A stretch of DNA of 64,000 bases. Source: Blasia pusilla (lineage: Eukaryota). Location of the stretch: NCBI GenBank assembly GCA_050084515.1, contig CM114271.1, positions 20,646,001-20,710,000 of the forward strand, written 5' to 3'. The notes below the pieces were generated by a model. The model made no database searches. It was not told the origin of the DNA and worked only from the letters and a program-made list of their open reading frames with translations. This document shows, in pieces, positions 27,031 to 40,450 of this stretch (positions are counted from its first letter, which is position 1; each line of letters begins with the position of its first letter). Made by a program: the position numbers and the translations under genes.

Positions 27031-28450
27031 GCGCAGTTCCTGTAGAGATTCTTCCACACGAATCTAACTCCTCCCGGGAGCTGGCATTGAATTGTTCCCT
27101 AGTTCTTCCCACACATGGAGTATCAGACTGAATGAAGGTCAATTATACCATAGTAAAGATCCAATTACCTCAACAAGGGCTAGAAAAAAATGATGGGAAA
27201 AACTTGTGTGTTTTCACTTATCTGGGAGGTCATGTGCTTCATGGGGTCTCTTGGACATGTAATTTGCTTCCGTTGCTGAAACGCAGTTCTGAATGAGCAT
27301 ATCTGGCCAACTGCCAACATTACAATACGGTCGGCCAGGTGATAAGCCTCGCTCCCATGGGGAACAATTCTTCCACGTAGATGTAGATATACAGAAAAGC
27401 TGGAGGTACATAGACTCCAAGATTTCACCACATCGCAGATCGTGATCCGAGGTGTGTATGTCAACCTCGCATCTGACGTCCAGTTCGGAACCTCTCGGAG
27501 TTCATGCTCACGATCAAGTACATTGAAAACATATCTGAGTACGCAATTTCTTCTGGAATATGAGACAGTGAGATAATACGTTGACAAGAGGATTGAAGGA
27601 AATGGGTTTCCGCTATATGCAGAATCTCGGGAAGTAATCTGTACGAACCATAAGTACATCCGGCTTTGCATAAGCGACCCGCATAAGAAACTTTGCACAC
27701 CCAGTCTGAAAGGTTCGGTGCCTTGAAAAGAAAATGGACGACCTTTAAATGAGCAGGACTTCCTTTCTAGCAATTTCAATTAGATTCCACAATGATATAT
27801 TTGGGTGACACAAGGTTAAAGACATCACTAGTATCACTCTGGAGATACCAGTTGGGTGCCAGACGAGCCTCTCCGTCTGCTAAAGAGTCGGAGTCTCTCG
27901 TCTGCTAAAGCCTGGTAGATTCATAATAGCCGAATGGAGTCAATTCTATGATTTGATCACAACCACATTCATTCTCATCAAATTTCAAAATAGTTTCTGT
28001 ACGTTTCAGGCTCACATGCCGAAGATCGGGTACAATGCAGCGGCCATTAAAACACGACCTTTTGAGCCCCATGTGGATTTGCGGATGAGAACAATCGGTT
28101 TCATACAAATATTTGGGGTCCTCCTGGTCTACTTTAGCACAGAGGAAAGTGAGCCCCCCTGCTCACCCAGATTGTGTTGGGATAATATAGACTCTAGGCA
28201 CAGTGCAAGACGAATGAAGATAGCTCCGTGATTGACATAGTTTATGACATAATCTACACTGCCTGCACTGCACTTTCAAAACTTACTCCTAGATTTGTCC
28301 GCAGGGGCTATCCACTTCTACTGGTCTGAAAACCATCCCCTGCTTCTGTTCAAGGAGTCTCCCGATGTGCTCAAGGCAAGCTACCTAATCTAAGCATTCG
28401 TTCCATAACACAAAATCCTGGACATAGAATACAACACCTACATCATTTTT

Positions 28451-30096
28451 CTAGGGCTTCACGTACTCTCTTATGAATTGCTCAATACTCCCTGTCTTGC
28501 CACCCACTACTGAAGCTTCACAAACCGAAACTTTATTAGTGCATTGAGTAAATTGGAAAGGACCATTATCTGAGCCAATCATGATGTCAGCCCCAACATC
28601 GGCATCTGAAGTAGCTTTCCGTGTTGCACGTAGCTTCTCTCTGTCAAAACCCATCAAACTCGTAGTAAGTTCCTAGACCAACCCACCATAATCACTGGAG
28701 AGATTTACTTGTTGGGAGTTCAGAGAAAATACTTGCTGAAAGTGCGAGTCTCTTTGGCGAATTCTTTTAGTATGTTCTTACATCTCTTTCTCCAGTTGCT
28801 TCCTGATAAATTCCATTGAGTGGGCAGTGACTTTGTCAATCTTGTTGCAGGTCAAGAGCACTGGGATCTTCTTTTTCACCACCAAAGCCTTAGTCAGCAC
28901 ATCAAATAGATATCTGTAGATAAGAGGAATAGAAGAGTTAGCCACAATTGTTCCCCTTGAAGATTGAATGAATCAAGTACATAGAGATGATAGGAGAAAG
29001 AGACATGGTAAAAACTGCCCCCTGTGCCCTTCGAGAAATTCTAGAGGGGGCGGGGGAGTTTGAAACGTGGACGGAGGGAGAAAGAATTAATGAATGCGCG
29101 TTACAGGAGGGAAAAGAAAGTGAGTACTCTGCAGTCTGTCGAAGTTGAGGCATAAAGTCCAGTGCATCAACAATATACACGATTCCACATGCTTGAGGCA
29201 GAAACTCGTCAATCTTGGGCTTCAACCGAGGGTGACCTGGAACATCTACTATATGAACAGGATTGACCTTCTTTCCCTTCTGCCACGAAATTTCAGAAAT
29301 TATGATACGTCACACACTTCATCCGACATGCTCCACCATTTCTAAGAATATTTCACCACAAGATATAGTAGACGTGAAGCGGTGAAGTAGTATAATAGTT
29401 CAGGTGTTTCACCTTTCCACCCGATTCAGAATTGAGAACAAAACGGCCTTCATTAGGCTCCATGGACGTTACTGTCCCCTGGTGATTTGATCCATCCCGG
29501 AGCTGTATGGAACAAAAAAGAGAGTCATGATCCGCTTACGAGATGGGGAAAAATAATTGGACAAAACTAGTGCAATGTGAATTACCTGGTAGAAAAGTGC
29601 AGTTTTGCCTGCTCCGCTCAGTCCGAGGAGCAAAATTGTATCCCTTTTCTTCCCTCTTAAAGCACCTCGGATAACTGCGTGAACAAATCAACCTCGTCTG
29701 AATCAGCTAGGACTCATCAATTCTCCTCGGCAGAAATGAAAGCACAGTAACATGACTCTGGGAAATAGGGTTCCGGAAAAAGAAAAGAGTTCGCCCCAGA
29801 AAACCAAGACGAGAAGAATCAAAGCTCCCGAACGTGATGTAAACTAGATACTTCCAGCACGCAAGGCGAGAACATCTACTGCTCCCTAATATGCAGCCAT
29901 TGCACAATCCGTAGAAGTCAAGAAAATTACCCAAATAAACCAGCAGAAGCGTGAAAACCAATGCTCCAAGAGTCACCAAGAGTGCCGTCTGTTCATCCTT
30001 CACCTGCAACTGCTGCTGCAGTTCCCACCATTGCTGCTGTAATTGATCCATCAGAGACGCGTCGCCACCGATCCCCTGCTCCAAATCCTTCTCCAT
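28451..30096 (-). CDS. SRPRB: Signal recognition particle receptor beta subunit; 6 exons: 29931-30096, 29586-29674, 29413-29502, 29128-29279, 28782-28913, 28451-28640
   Basis: All junctions GT-AG with frame preserved. N-terminal TM anchor, P-loop GLSGAGKT, HQGTVTSMEPN, DVPGHPRL, CNKID, FIRKQLEKEIEKLR. Confidence 0.95.
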
Positions 30097-31226
30097 CGCC
30101 GTTTCCCACTCGCTCTCTCTCTCTCCCTTCAGCCCGCGGTTTCACAGATCATCCACGAAACCGCGACCAGATCCCCGGCAAGGCAGCGCGAAAATGAAGA
30201 GACAAAAAGAGACGCACGCAGATCAAAAGCCAGGATCAAATTCTTGATGAATCAATCTCTGAGCCCCCGTGTAAGCGCAAGGCTTAATGCACGAGGTCGG
30301 AAGCAGGAAACAGTGACGCCAGCTGTGACAGAAGACACTCGACTTTGTCTACACCTGGGTCTTCGCAAGTTCGGAGTTCCCGACTATTGGTCGGCCGTAA
30401 GGATGAAAATGCAGGACCAAGAAGCTAAACTTTGTGGATGGGATCTGACCCGAAATATACAGATTAGTAGTGGGAACTCGTGAATCCCTTCGATTTTTTT
30501 CACAATTAATCAAAAAATTTAAATATCATTGTAAATCAATTTTGATTGATTTCATTGGTTGAAAGGTTAGAAGAGAGGATTTTGCAAAATGAAAGGGTAT
30601 TTTTCAATAATGATTCTAATTATTTTTAATAAAGAATAATTAGATGGATGAAAAATTTTGTACTTAAGAAAATAGAACAAGATAATTTGATTTAAAAAAT
30701 AGATAAATTTAAATAATTTATTTTGAAAAAATAAGAGCGGATAGTTTTTTTCAATGTTTACTAAAATTTCTGTTTCAAAAAAAATTTGTTGACATGATGG
30801 TCTAGGTTAGTAAAGACAATCTTTTTGAAAAAAAGTATAGTTCGTATTGTGCATACAAACACTTACTAGTAGTGTTTAAATCCCTTGACCACTAACTCTG
30901 ATTATAGTAAAAAAATCTAAAAAATTAGGTAAGAAATTTTGTGATATGAAATAATCATTTGCTTGAAATGATCTCCAACAAGAGAAGATAATATATATCA
31001 TTATTGCAAAGTGCCATTATGGTCTTCAAACTCCTCCCAAACTAATATTTGGCATTTTTAGCCATTCATATCTTGATACGTGACCTTGATAATTTAGAGT
31101 CAATTATGGGATCAGTCAAGTTAAGGGTTGGTTTGGAGTTTGTGGGATCCGATGGGAATAGATTTTGGGTCAATTACGTGGCCTAATAATGGGTAATTCA
31201 AATTATCCATCATTTAGCCCTCTAAC

Positions 31227-31350
31227 CATGGTTGCACAAAAAGAGACAAGTATGTCATTACGACAGACGCATACGAACAAATTTGGATATCTCCACGGAC
31301 ATGGATTGCAAGAGGTGGGGTCCACACTCATAGGTCATGATGGAACGTAG
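31227..31350. mobile_element. One end of a MITE-family element (CATGGTTGCAC terminus)
   Basis: catggttgcacaaaaag followed by ggac-type subterminal motifs. Other end not located. Confidence 0.4.
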
Positions 31351-34249
31351 GGCAAGGCCGAGTGGGACAATAAGGGGGTGGGAGTCAGGGTGGATGGAGG
31401 AAGAAAATAATAGTTTTTCTTGCAATGCACATGACATTAAACTAGTCTAATAAAAAGAAAGTGGAATAAAAATTCATGTTAGTATTTATTTTTAAAGCCA
31501 AATGTATATATATTTTTAGTAGCCAAACTTGAAGACTTGAGCATGAAGGATTAAGGGATGAGAGCAAATTTTAGGGAGTGAAGAGTGACTATTAAATAAT
31601 GGAGCGTGTTTTAAAATTTTTTGAGAAGGAGTTTCATTATGAGGGAATATGAAATCTTACAACATGGGAGTAATTTTTGGAAAGTTTATTGTGGGTCTTA
31701 AATAATAGAAGTTTCTCATAACGTTTGGGGATTACATTTTATTTTTTTGAAATCGATAATTATCGCAATAGCTAAGTCTTAGCCATTCGTAGTAGTGGGA
31801 AATTTGGAGGTGACTCAAGTGAATCATGGTCGCGGGTGAAAAGAAGATCAACCTTGGTGGAAATATTGAAGATTGAGTTATAGTCAAGCTCATCGGAAAC
31901 CCGAACGTCTACATTTGGTTCTCACACGAAGTATGAAAGTTTAATCTTGGTTAATCAATTAAGCACGATTATCTTAACTATGGTTAGTTAATCATAGTTA
32001 GTCTAACTTAAGACTATCGTTAGGATTAGGATTAGGATTTCTTGTACATACCCTATATATTTGAGAAGAGGACCAACCTCCACTCATTCTTTCATTGCAA
32101 AATTTTGTTCTCCCTGGTGGTGTATGAGTGTGAGAGTCATATCTCATACTCTACTATTTTATATATATTTAGCAGTTTTCTACAAGAAATACTATGGAAA
32201 AACCTAGAATAAGTAGTTATGAGACAATGGAAAAGTGTGAAGTCTTGGAGAACTAAGACATAAGACAAAAAAGAAGAAGAAGAGAGTCTCAATATCAAAC
32301 AAATAAGTGGAGAGATCCACCAAGGGAAGTGGATAATCAAGATGGGAAAATAGCCTTAAAACTAACTCAAAAGACCGAAAGATGGTACAGTAGGCCTCGA
32401 GTCTTGACTAATCAAGATCTTATGCACTTTGAGAGAAGTCTTAGGTGTGAGAGGTGGAACCATTCATGGGAACTTAGAAATAAGGCAAGATGGTCAGGAA
32501 AGCCTTGAAGAGAATTCACAGTTAGGGGCGAGTGGCTTGGGGAGTTAGGAGTAGTCAAGATAGGCATTGGTTTCATAAGACTAGTCACAAATTAAGAGCG
32601 GTAACAAGACCAATTATGAGATGCCAAAGGCTTCGGTAAAGAACGGCGAATAGCCAGTAGACTCACCAATCACAAGGCAAGTGGCCAAGGTGATTTTTGG
32701 GTGTCAAAATAAGGCTAAAAAAAACCCATGAGACTCACCTAAGTCATCTTGTGGAGTTTAGGTAGCCAAATCTAGGTTGGGACTTATGATCCATGTTTGG
32801 CTTGTGGGTCAAAAGTAATGACTTATATAGGATACTTATGAAGGAGTAAAAATAATCCAAAAAGTATTTATGGGGAAATAGTGGAACACTCTCCTTGCAT
32901 ATCCATTCAACTCTTAGAATTAGGAATAACCATGTTTTGTGTATGGCCATATTTACGTTTCAGGTTGAAAGGTGGCAGACAACTAAAGTTTTATCTTCAG
33001 GATTTAGCCGTCATGCTCCAACTTGGGTAAGAGACAGAGAAGCTTGAAGGGAAGATAGGATGAGCATCCTTAGGGAGGTAGTATGAATCTTATGATTCAT
33101 GGAACTAAAGATTGAACTTCAAATTTCTCTAATTCTGAGAGTCTACCTTGTGGAATTTGTGACTAATTTGGTCTTGAAGATCCAGCCCAAGTATTACATT
33201 TGTAAGGTTCAAGGTGCAAAATTCTTTGCAAGGCTTGCTTGGAGAAGTAGAGAAGGAGATTCTATGATCACCTTAAACTTAATGCATCATTTTTTGTGAT
33301 ATAATACCAACTCTAAGAGTTTCTCTTAATTGTCTTACTAGGATAGGAATATGGGATCTTGCTTATCAATTTTTATTAAGACTTATTGATCAATCATAAG
33401 CAACATTTTATGCTACTACATGTTGATATATGTTCAATTAAGCTCAGGATAATATGACGCCATTTTATTCATAGGAAAGCTTAATTTTGGAGAACTATTT
33501 CATTCTAATTTTTTTGTGAGATTTATATCCAACAATAAGATAATAGAAGCTTTTGCATAATGGATCATAAATTTAGTGGTTATTTTTTCTACAGATGGAT
33601 CACAAGTCCAATTTCACTTTTTTAAACCTTTATTACTTAATGTTTCTAATGTTACTCGATTTCCACGATGTCTAAATCAATGTATACCATAAATGGGGAG
33701 AAATTGGATTAAAAAAACTACTCCACATGGAAGTTAAGGATCAAGATCTTCTTTATGCATTATAAAATATGGGATCTAATCATAGGAAAAACATCCAAGC
33801 CCATAGGAGACTCCACCAACTCCAAGCTTACATCATGGAATTACAAGCTAGAGGGAAACATAGGTAATCCATCATGTTTTGATTACCATAAATATATCTA
33901 TGATAGGTCGGATTTAAGATGCAAAGATACCCGAGGAATCATGGGATGCACTCTCTAAAGTATTCAAGTCATCTACTAAAGAAATACCTAAAGAATTATG
34001 TAAGCGTAGACCAACAAGACTCAGTAAAGTGGCTAGGGATACAACTCGACCAAGAAATTTGCAATCAATAATTTTCCTTTCTTTTGGATTTTGGACATGA
34101 GCTAGAAGGTCCTCTTGGCTTAGCTCCTTTGGAGGGTTCTACATCAACACAAACATGAGAAGCAATGATAGATGATTTGTAAGTGGAAATGCGAGAACGT
34201 GAAAAGAGCATGAAAGAGTCTTATAAAGTTTGACTAATTAAGTAATGTG

Positions 34250-34714
34250 AAGCAAGCTAACAAAATTCCAAGCCAAGTGAGATTCATATGGGAGAACAAT
34301 TGTCATTGAGTTGAAAGAATTTCACTCTTCTGAAAGAGTTGTCTCCAAAATTTGTTTCCAAGTATGCCAGACCTTGTGTAATCTTGGCCAACCTGTTTGA
34401 GAAGTCTTACATATTTGAGCTACCAACTGAGCTCAAGATCCAACCATCTTTTCATGCATTATTCTTGAAGAAGTTCTTAAAAATAATATGGATTATGAGC
34501 AAGGCAAATGTTGAGACTCCAACTAATGATTATCAAAGATGAACTTGAGTTTGAGGTGGAGATCATCTTGCGTTCAAAATACAAGGCCAAAAAGTATGAG
34601 TATTTGGTTAAGTGGAAGGGCTACAATGTGAAGGAGACTTCATGGATTGTAAAGACCAATTTAAAACACTCTCAAGAGGTGTTACAAGACTTCAAACGTA
34701 TGCAAGGAAATTAA
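34250..34714 (+). pseudogene. Ty3/gypsy (chromovirus) integrase C-terminus and chromodomain remnant
   Basis: PKFVSKYARPCVIL...SYIFELPTELKIQPSFHALFLKK (GPF/Y region) and FEVEIIL...YEYLVKWKGYNVKETSW (chromodomain), frameshifted. A PPT-like aaagagggatgaa precedes TG at ~35625. Confidence 0.85.
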
Positions 34715-34857
34715 AACATATTTGTTGGTACATGGAGATGCTAGAGACATGACTTCTGACCATTGAAATGTTGGGCTCAATAACCATTGTTACTGGAATA
34801 TGCTGCTTTTGCAATAAGTTATACATGGTTTTGGAGATTCGATGCATAGTCCAAGGA

Positions 34858-35002
34858 TTGCAAATTTTTAACATCCTCCAATTGTACATTAAATCTTGAA
34901 AACCATGTATCACTTATTGCCATTTGCAAATTTTTAACATCCTTCAATTGTACATTAAATCTTCAAAACCATCTATTACTTATTGCCATTTGTAAATTTT
35001 TG
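34858..35002. repeat. Short tandem repeat, ~66-bp unit, about 2.2 copies
   Basis: ttgcaaatttttaacatcc...cttattgccat repeated. Confidence 0.85.
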
Positions 35003-36444
35003 ACATATATGAGTGAAGGTGCAAATTCACTACCATAAACAATTTCCAAATTCTTGACATATATAGTAAATACATGAAGAACTAATCATGTTTAGGATGT
35101 ACTTCAAGAGGAGATGCAAGGCATATTTAAGGAGAGCAGTGGAATTTAGATAAGCACATAGAACTAAAATAAGTCTTGGATGACCAATGCTTGGACTCTT
35201 CCTTGCATAAGCGAGGTAGATTAATTATTTTATCTTGGGGTTTGGGGTGATCTTACTTGTGATCATGAAATGATAGGTAAAGCTAGTGATGCACATAATT
35301 TGGATTCAATGATGATCCAAAAGTGATTCACCTTAAGGATGTTGAAACATGTGGGATACTTATATGTTGAGAAAATGACGTATTAGGGGGAATGATACGC
35401 TTGTTAGGTTAGCTAAGATTAGCTTCAAGAACATTGATCTAGAAGCAAACTAGAAAGAAAAACATAATGGTCTCTAAATATTGGATAAAACAACCTAAGA
35501 CCTAAGCCAAAAGAGGAATTATTGCTTAGATACCATAACAAGATTTGATAGCTAAGCCATAGAAGAGTGCTTAATTTAAAAAAAAAAATTTATGAGGGCA
35601 TCAACCTCTCTAAAGAGGGATGAATGTCGAAACTCTCATAATCAAACACACGCCAACGTGGATCATAATAACTCTAGTGGGCTCACACTAAGATAAAAAA
35701 GCGTGGGAGTTTCATGAGCATGATATGAGTTGAAGAAGCAAGAAGTGAGTCTAATTCATGCGACTCCAATGCAGCTCGACGCATTGTTTGTAATTTGAAG
35801 TTGTTTCGAAAGTCCATATTTTTTTCTATATTTGTGACTCGCATTGAGCTCCTAATGAACTTGCAAACATAATTGCAATTTTGACTTGAAATTTGACCAT
35901 AGATAGCAACTACTTAGACTCACACTTTGCTACTATAGGATCTCACATTGAAGTTGCAAAAGACTTGCAATTAGATTGTCACAACTTTTAGGATAGATTG
36001 ACAAGCTTTGGTAGAGCGCCTCCATGGATATTGGAGGACAGCCTCAAGAGGTCAAGGATAACGTGTTGAGGCCTTGGATAAATTGAGAGATCACGTTTTC
36101 CTTTCATTTTGGCTCATTTGGAACTATATAGAAAAACTTGCTATTTTGGATAAGTTACCATTAGGAGTAACGTGGGCTTTGCACTTTAGGAAGTGGCTCT
36201 TGATCCCCTGCAACAAGTCAAGAGCCAAGGAGGTGACTTGCAAGCATAGACTACCATGGAGATATCTTGAGATAAAGAAGGGGGTACACTCAAGGAGAGA
36301 ACGCTACACAACATGCATCGTTGTTACCAAATATACACTCAAACACACAAGATACCATCTCACTCATGGCATCTAGACGTCGAGACGATTGTGTATCAAA
36401 ATATCTCCAATAAATATAAAGTGCATAAATGTCTCTCACACAAA

Positions 36445-36974
36445 TCATCTCTCTCTCCTATCAAACCAAACCCACTCTCTTAATAAGAGTCTTGGGTTAC
36501 TCACGAGGCAAGGAGGACCATAGCATTTACGTCTCATGCCAATCTTGTATGTTTGAATGTGTATTCGATAAAAACAATGTGTATGCACATAACAAAACTT
36601 CCTAGAGTCACAAATGGGAAGTTGTCTTCCATTCCTCATAAGCCTCACTTTGAGAGGTAGGATCCTCATTTTATGTTCTTGATCTTTCTTATTGACAAGG
36701 GATATGGGAAATACCTTCAACATTCAAGTGAGAGACATTTTTTTTCTAATGGCAATATGGTCAGTTGGGAGTGGAACGAGGTACAAGAGATTCTATTTTT
36801 GTTGGTTCTCTTGGAAAGACGGGTGGAGTCACCTATGTGTATAGAAAATGAAGTCCAAATATCAGGTTTATTACCTCCTAAAACATCATGATACCTAAAG
36901 CTATGAATTTGGGCTACGGCCGCTACGTTTGATGTTGAGCACATGATGGAAAGACTTTGAACCCAAGAGCACAC
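36445..36974 (-). pseudogene. Ty3/gypsy RNase H / integrase-linker remnant
   Basis: AVAQIHSFRYHDVLGG resembles the gypsy AIVHAL..WRHYLLG motif. Heavily degraded. Confidence 0.35.
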
Positions 36975-37245
36975 GAAAATTTTGAAAAGGAGGGAATGTG
37001 AGTTAGGTTAGGGACTTGGTTAATTATACATGTAAATTATCCATTTTGGATTATAGTCAAAAGGAGTGATTTTCACATAATGTGTTAGACATATATCTAT
37101 TACCCTATATCATGACACACATAGTCCACTTTTTGCAAAGCATGTCTACTCCCAAGGAAATGCAAGTGTCACAACAAACTTCCGCCAATGAGGGATGGGT
37201 GATCAATGTAAAACACTACAACGCTTCTGACAGAAAGAAGAAGGG

Positions 37246-37447
<202 letters not shown>

Positions 37448-37784
37448 GGTGTATCCAATATCATCTACACTGCAAGGCAAGCACTTGGAAGGTACAAAAG
37501 TCTAACCCTAATACCTCTTCCAAAACTTCAAAATATGGGGCATCCCCTTAGACAATATTTGTGCTATGTATGGATGCTCGTGACTCTTGCTCAAAAGTTC
37601 AGCACACTCTATAGTCTTAAGTTTGTGAACGTCATTTGCCTAAAGCCCTAATAAAAAAATTTCAGCCAATTAACTCCTCATAGCAATGTTATAATGTAAA
37701 TAACCAAGCATCAACAAGAGGATCCATAAATTTCCCCACAATATCAAGGTCCCATGCAAGGTAATATCCCATGTCCTCTCCAGC

Positions 37785-38114
37785 CAAAGTTGCATATGGA
37801 AAAAGTCCGTGTCCGTGGACATGTCCATGTCTGTGGACTTATGTCCGTTCTATGGAAGGATTTGTCCGTATGGGCCTTATCTTTCCCTTCTTTCTAATTC
37901 CCATTATTTGCCTTTTTGTTCCATACTCCCTCATTTCTTCCTCTCTCCACCTCCACTCCCTACTCCCTCATTACTCCTCTCATCCTTGTCTTGCCTTCCA
38001 TCATGGACTAAAAGTATGGGTCCCAACTCTTGGAACCCATGTACGTGGACATGTCCAAATTTTTCCGTCCATGTCCGTCCTAAGAAAGGACTTGTCCGTT
38101 GTTGTGCAACCATG
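37785..38114. mobile_element. MITE (330 bp) with 8-bp TSD
   Basis: Ends caaagttgca / tgcaaccatg. TSD tctccagc / tctccaac (1 mismatch). Repeated gtccgt/ggacatgtcc subterminal motifs. Confidence 0.8.
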
Positions 38115-38199
38115 TCTCCAACATGATGTCGTTGAAGATTATTGATCATGGAAGTTTTTAACCAAGGTTATCGCACTTATGATGTTGTAGTGGGGCATG

Positions 38200-40450
38200 C
38201 ATTCCTCTAATGGTCATACCGATCTAACAACTCCATCATGCATAGGTTGTTCATAAGAAAAAATGTGTGCGCTTGGCAGGGGTGCATGTCAATAAAATAT
38301 AGTATATACCCTTGTACATGTTGTATATGCTCTCTCCTCGTGGTCATCATCATTGTCCTTATCATCCATCATCACATGTGTTCATGCCATTGATGCAACA
38401 ATATGAAGATGACCCAAAAATTTGCTCCCCAACAACTTGGTTGTGTGGAACATGGCCACACCTAATATGTAGCCCTTATCCATGTTGCCCTACAGTTAAG
38501 GTTGGTTTATGATCAAGTCCTTCAATTAGTGCATGTAACGATTCACCAAATACATCGATCCACAATACTCACATCCAACTATGCCAACTTGATTTGGCCA
38601 AATGGATGAGCCAATGACTCTAAATGCCTGATCATGAATGAAGGTGGAAACACCTTCTCCGACTATGTGATGACCACAACCACCTCCAAACCACCTCCAC
38701 CTCCATCTATATGATTGCAATCCTCAAGACATATCTCCTTGCTACATTACCATCTATCCATGGATATCAAAACAAGATTATTCAAGCTTACTTTTTTCTA
38801 TGATTGCGTGAATTTCTAGGGTCCTCATTTTATGGGTGCCCCAATAGAGTTACGCAATATCTCAAATAAACCGACAACCTGTATATGTCCTCCTTGAGAC
38901 ATGGCGGTGCCAAACTATGCATTGATATGAGAAGCACATCATACATCAGTTGATGCAAGTCATAGGTGTTTGATCCCTTCCCCCCAATTTCTTGGGACGT
39001 CTTTGATAAAGGTTGTTTGCAAGTATGCACCATATTGTGTGGGCATCCAAGTGGAGGCAAGTTCTTCTCACAAATGTAGTTGCTCCTTCCTACTCAAAAT
39101 CCCAAATGCATGTGGCCTACACACTCGACGAGTCGAACTTCTTCCTCAATCGACCACACCTCCGAATGCACAACCATCTCCTCATATACTCATTTGTGAG
39201 ATTCGTGTCTCTTTGGCCAAACAACTAGTCCATCAACAAGCACATGATATTATCCTTAATGTGCATAAGATTCTTTAGGTGTTGAATCAACATGCCCCAA
39301 ATGTTTGTGAAGCTAACCACAAGCTCATATAAGAAGAAACGTCAACTCGTAGAAAATCTTTTGTATGATCGAATACCTCATGATTTCCAAATATTAAAGT
39401 AATGACATGTTCTCACATTCTAATAAGGTTTCCTATTGAGGAATTACTCTAATTTTGTTCCTAAATGCATGTGTGGTATCTTACCCATGTGCACACGATC
39501 CTGCTGGACCAACCAATCCAAAAGATGGAACGTCAATATCATCCATTGGCTCTTCTTCTAGGTCTAACCTCATGGCATGTCCATGAGGCCCTTGTATCTT
39601 TAGGGAAATCAATGCTCATATCTAGAGCACAAATTCCCCCCCATAGGGTGAATTACTCCTCCATAAAAAATTTAAGGTACATATCTAGATAACGAGTCAA
39701 CTTTGGGCCTACAACATGTAGAACACATACACCATGTATGAGCAAGTGTCTGGTCGATACTTAATCTAATATATCACATGGAGATCAATTGGAAATCATA
39801 TGCTACAAAACAAGAGGAATCTAAATTTCTTACTTTGAATGATCGACCTTACAATCAAAAAACCCCTCTTCATGGCAAGCCAAGATGGAATGTTATAGTT
39901 CTCCAACATAATTTCCCACACTAAATAGGATCCTTGCGTCAGGATGTATGGGGACATCCCATCGGCGAAAAGACCCAATCACACATTTTGAGGGTTTTCC
40001 CACCAATCCGATCGTGCGCTCTCACATGTGAATGGGTTGAAGAGTCAACCATCAAATGTGTGGCATCATCTATGGATTGATGGCATTTTATCCATTGTGC
40101 TAATGATGACATCTATATGTATGCAAAAATTCATGGAATGATGGGAGTTGATAAAGAGCCTTTCAAGGCACATCTCCTCTAGTATCATCTCGATTACGTG
40201 TGGCTCTAAAATGTGGGCAAGACCTAAAGGATTTTCTATGCCTCTGATATAGAAGTTGGTCACAAGGACATGCATGTATAATCTCATAGTCTAATTCCAT
40301 ATTGCTCAATAGTTGTCAAGCTGCTAATCTAGAGTTGGGGAAGCATTCCCCTTTAGTAGGAGTCTATACTAGAGTCTATCATTCAATAGGTTGAACAATG
40401 CATCCTTCAATAGGCTGAGCAAGTTCTTAACATACAATCACTCTTGTAAG
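38200..40450 (-). pseudogene. CACTA (En/Spm) transposase remnant
   Basis: LGLFADGMSPY...SYLVWEIMLENYNIPSWLAMK (Transposase_21-type motif, 39796-39980), TYDLHQLMYDVL (~38930-38965) and EKVFPPSF (~38640-38660). Fragmented; boundaries approximate. Confidence 0.75.

Noticed and set aside
27180-28231. ORFs between RPL29 and SRPRB
   Set aside because: No recognisable domains and mostly non-ATG starts. Probably convergent 3' UTR or intergenic DNA.
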